Source: Candidatus Obscuribacteraceae bacterium (lineage in GTDB: Bacteria; Cyanobacteriota; Vampirovibrionia; Obscuribacterales; Obscuribacteraceae). Taken from it: 64,000 nt of DNA. Under the pieces are notes generated by a model, which did not search any database, was not told the origin of the DNA, and saw nothing but the letters and a program-made list of their open reading frames with translations. Positions 60,739-64,000 of the stretch are shown here, piece after piece. Location: positions 640,001-704,000 of the forward strand of contig JBGASG010000001.1 of NCBI GenBank assembly GCA_044229845.1, given 5' to 3'. Position numbers and translations under genes: made by a program. Every line of letters begins with the position of its first letter. Position 1 is the stretch's first letter.

Positions 60739-61515
60739 CTAAGCCGTTTTTGAGCGCCCGCGCACAATTTCGGCAATTAGCGTCACGCCAATAGTACTGG
60801 CGATCATTAGGGTGCTGAGCGCATTAATTTCCGGGCTCACTCCAAATTTAACCGAGGCGTAGATCCAGAGAGGTAGTGTTGTGTCGCCCACCCCAGCCGT
60901 GAACTGGGTGATGATGAAGTCATCCAGCGACAGCACAAAGGTGAGCAGGCAACCGGCCAGAATGCCTGGCGTCAACAGCGGCAGCGTGACTTTCATGAAT
61001 GCCATTAATGGCGGTGCGCCGAGATCGCGGGCCGCTTCCTCGAGTCTTGGATCCAACCCTTCTAATCGACCCATCACCACCAACGTCATGTAGGCAACGC
61101 AGAAAACGATGTGCGAAACGATCACCGTTGCCAGCGAAAGCTGCAGGCCGAGAGCGATGAACAGCGTCAACGCCGCGACCGCCATAGCGATCTCTGGAAT
61201 GATAATCGGTAACATGGTCAGCGCCCTGTACAGACTTTCGCCGCGGAAGCGCAGGCGCGAGAGCCCGACTGCCGACATGGTTCCCATCACCGCTGAGATG
61301 CCGACAGCAATCGATGCCACTACCAGGCTGTTCTTCAACGCACCCAGGAGGTTTTCATCGTGGAAGAGCAGGTCATACCACTTGAAAGTGAAGCCGGTCC
61401 ATGTGACTGCCAACCGCGAGTCATCGAAGCTGAAGAAAATCAGCACCGCAATTGGTGCGTAGAGAAACATATACACGCACACCGCCAGAAGTGTCAGCCA
61501 GATTGAACCCTTCAT
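60739..61515 (-). CDS. potC: Spermidine/putrescine ABC transporter permease (PotC-like)
   Basis: FLYAPI..LIFFSF, GFT.KWY, EAA loop LEEAARDLGA, LSLDDF, TTLPL.IY, SPEINALST; ATG 61515 overlaps the upstream stop. Confidence 0.9.
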   Translation of the reverse strand: MKGSIWLTLLAVCVYMFLYAPIAVLIFFSFDDSRLAVTWTGFTFKWYDLLFHDENLLGALKNSLVVASIAVGISAVMGTMSAVGLSRLRFRGESLYRALTMLPIIIPEIAMAVAALTLFIALGLQLSLATVIVSHIVFCVAYMTLVVMGRLEGLDPRLEEAARDLGAPPLMAFMKVTLPLLTPGILAGCLLTFVLSLDDFIITQFTAGVGDTTLPLWIYASVKFGVSPEINALSTLMIASTIGVTLIAEIVRGRSKTA

Positions 61516-63470
61516 AAAGCGGGCACCAAACGAAATCGCACACCCCAGGCTTTGATTCCTTCCAGTTCGGACGTGATGTACTCGTCGAAGTCGTTCATCT
61601 CGATTTCCATTCGAGTGGTGCCGTCGTATCTGTGCTGGAGACCGGCACCGGACTTGTCCGGCGCTCCTTCCTTCGGGCTTAGTTTCTTGATCAGCTGGCG
61701 GCAAGTCATAGAGACTTGCATTGGGCTCTTGCCGTAAGTCGCGGTGCTACCAATGGTGGAAATTGAGGCGCCGGAAAATTTCACCTCTGTGTCGTGGTAC
61801 ACGTTCGGCGATTTGAGCAAGTATTCCATTGCTTTGTTGTACCAGTCGACAGCTTCGCTGAATTTGCCTTGTTCTTGTTTTACACGGGCGATGTCGGTCA
61901 TGACTGCAGGCACTTCACCGTTAGGCTGATGCAGAGCCTGGGCTTCGGCAAGCTCTTTGGTCAGAATTACCAGCGCCTGATCGAGGTTTTTGTTGCGCGC
62001 GGCTTGCAGAGCCGATACCCGCTTTTGCATACAGGTCCACTGAGCCTTGCGGCGGTCCTGGCGGGTTGCCAGAATTTTGTCACGCTCGCTTCTGTATTGG
62101 GCCGCCTTATCCTTGTCGGGTGTCGGGCAGTGCTCAAAAATGCGAGCCATGTCCTCATAGACCTGAGCCAGCGAGTGCGAGTCTTCACCATACTGGGCGG
62201 TGAGTTCCTTGAGTCGAGTCTTCTGTAGCTCCAAGGCCTGGTCGACTTTTCCTTGCCTGGTCAAGACGTGTCCCAGCATCTGCCGAGCCTGCTCGCGTTC
62301 GAGTATGCTTCCCGATGATGTGGCCAGGAAATTCTTCAATATGTTTTCTGCTTCCGGTAAGTTACCGTTCGGTCCCAGCCCCATCATGCTGCGCGCCTTG
62401 GTCAATCGCGGGTCTTCCCGATGCTGGAAATCCATGGACCCAGTGGTGAGGGAAGGGTTATGCGGCGTGGTTGTGAATCCGAAGGAAGTGTTGGTTGCCT
62501 GGGTTCGGAATACAGAAATTGCTGCGAGTTCTATTTTCGTGAACGCATTCAAATCGTTGTAGGTTCTTTCGAATGAGTCTTGCCGTAACGCTGCTGATAC
62601 GGTCTTCGTAGCCGCTCTGGAAGCAAGCAGAGCCGGGTCGATCTGAGGCAGTTTGTCGAGCTGTCCAGTGTCCGTCAGGAGCTTTTTGCAGATCGGATAC
62701 AGATTATCGATTTTGAAAACTTGACGATTACCTCCACTTGAAGATTCACCACTCTCGGTGACGCGAAATCGGAAATATGGATACTGACCATCATTGTGTT
62801 TCGCCAGAATCGAGATCGCTTCCGCCAGCAACAGACCTGCATCGGCAAAATGTTTTAATTCTTGTTGCGTACGGGCGAGGTCAATCAGAGCCATCGGTAG
62901 TTCGGGGCTGCTGTCGGGGAGTTGTCTGCGTGCTCTTTGTATTTCTGCCTTGAGTACTATGGCCGCCTCCGCGGAGTTACCTGTCTGTAAGAGAGTGAGA
63001 GCTTTCTCTCGCTCTCCCATGAGTGCCAGCTCGCCAGCCGTTTGCTTCTTATCTGCTTCGATAACCTGGTCGCGCATTTGCCGCAGGTACTTCGCTAGTG
63101 CTGGAGAATTTTTTTGCGCGCCCGTGGCCGATTGGTGGTACTTCTGTGCGAGATGCAAATCATTAGCGCCGTAATAGTCATTGAGGTGACTCATTTCTTT
63201 CGCGATCAGTTTAAGAGCCTTCGCGTCTTCTCCTTCTCGTGAATAGACCTCCACCAGTTGCTCATAACCGACATGGTGAAACTGACCAAAGGTCGGATCT
63301 TGATAGATAGAAAGCCATATTTTTTCAGCCTTCTTTAGATCGCCGGCCTTCATAGCCGCCCAACCAGCCAACAAGGTCGGCTCGTCGTTGGATTCACCGG
63401 TGGCTGAAGATTGTCTGGTGGCAGCTGCTAGACAGAGAAGAAGCATCAACAATATTGATGCTCGTCTCAT
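61512..63470 (-). CDS. Exported TPR-like protein with an internal duplication
   Basis: Signal peptide; two similar helical modules (YYGANDLHLA / QYGEDSHSLA; ELPMALIDLARTQQE / EVPAVMTDIARVKQE). Confidence 0.8.
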   Translation of the reverse strand: MRRASILLMLLLCLAAATRQSSATGESNDEPTLLAGWAAMKAGDLKKAEKIWLSIYQDPTFGQFHHVGYEQLVEVYSREGEDAKALKLIAKEMSHLNDYYGANDLHLAQKYHQSATGAQKNSPALAKYLRQMRDQVIEADKKQTAGELALMGEREKALTLLQTGNSAEAAIVLKAEIQRARRQLPDSSPELPMALIDLARTQQELKHFADAGLLLAEAISILAKHNDGQYPYFRFRVTESGESSSGGNRQVFKIDNLYPICKKLLTDTGQLDKLPQIDPALLASRAATKTVSAALRQDSFERTYNDLNAFTKIELAAISVFRTQATNTSFGFTTTPHNPSLTTGSMDFQHREDPRLTKARSMMGLGPNGNLPEAENILKNFLATSSGSILEREQARQMLGHVLTRQGKVDQALELQKTRLKELTAQYGEDSHSLAQVYEDMARIFEHCPTPDKDKAAQYRSERDKILATRQDRRKAQWTCMQKRVSALQAARNKNLDQALVILTKELAEAQALHQPNGEVPAVMTDIARVKQEQGKFSEAVDWYNKAMEYLLKSPNVYHDTEVKFSGASISTIGSTATYGKSPMQVSMTCRQLIKKLSPKEGAPDKSGAGLQHRYDGTTRMEIEMNDFDEYITSELEGIKAWGVRFRLVPAL

Positions 63471-64000
63471 TCGTTAGCTTTGACCAGCTGATTGAGATTG
63501 ATCGCTCTGATTTCCTCGGCACGCTTCCTGGCAGCCGCGGCTTCAGTTGGCTGTTTGAGCATTTCCAGCAGCGGTGCGTATTCTCGCAGGGTGAGGGCGA
63601 TGTCCGGATGAGTAGGATCGAGAGGTTGTTGCAGTGCGAGCGCTTTCTGGAAGCAGGTTTGAGCTTCTACAAACCTATCCATGGCCATCAGCAACTTGCC
63701 AAGATTGACGTGGTTGTATGCCAATTGCGGATCGTCGGGTGCATTCAAACGATTAGCCGACTCCAAGGCTTTGAGAAGAAACTCTTTGGAGCCCGCTAGA
63801 TTTCCCTGCGCGCGCAGACAGTCGCCGATATTGTTTTGCACCGCAGACAGTATCAAGTCAAGATCACGATTTTTGGGGTCGGCTGCGATCGTATTGGCCT
63901 TTTCCAGAAATCCTTGAGCTTCTCTGAATTCGCCTTTGCGGATGTGCATAAGGGCCATCGTGTTCAGGAGAGAGGCAATCCAGACCGGATCATCGGTGCC
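63467..64000 (-). CDS. TPR (kinesin-light-chain type) protein, 3' part; 5' end outside the window
   Basis: NNIGDCLRAQG, DDPQLAYNHVNLG, THPDIALTLREYA; frame stays open to the window end. Confidence 0.85.
   Translation of the reverse strand, partial: GTDDPVWIASLLNTMALMHIRKGEFREAQGFLEKANTIAADPKNRDLDLILSAVQNNIGDCLRAQGNLAGSKEFLLKALESANRLNAPDDPQLAYNHVNLGKLLMAMDRFVEAQTCFQKALALQQPLDPTHPDIALTLREYAPLLEMLKQPTEAAAARKRAEEIRAINLNQLVKANE

Overview
Bacterial chromosomal window, moderately GC-rich. The gene content suggests a non-photosynthetic cyanobacterial relative (Melainabacteria/Vampirovibrionia, Obscuribacterales-like); this is inferred from cyanobacteria-like housekeeping genes mixed with many TPR, LRR and orphan proteins, and was not tested. 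Housekeeping genes: rdgB (partial), long RelA/SpoT, ilvE, RNase HI, alaS, NAD kinase, murT, deoC, carB, gamma-carbonic anhydrase-like, mutS2, suhB (truncated), ileS, potC. I recognised no rRNA, tRNA, CRISPR array, transposase or integrase. Main observations: (1) an unannotated 34-codon leader peptide with four consecutive Ile codons near its end, plus mutually exclusive antiterminator/terminator hairpins upstream of ileS, i.e. a ribosome-mediated Ile attenuator; (2) a ~15 kb block (35.7-50.7 kb) of four giant proteins without signal peptides, forming two paralog pairs with C-terminal Gly/Ala-rich hydrophobic segments and sharing an N-terminal V-x-R-T-[GSA]-G motif with a nearby trypsin-like protease, a candidate undescribed effector or pore-forming system; (3) a tandem pair of subtilase-like genes with complementary catalytic defects; (4) a rearrangement scar joining a truncated suhB to an EF-hand pseudogene; (5) a (TGAAC)n microsatellite and a 21-bp-arm palindrome.
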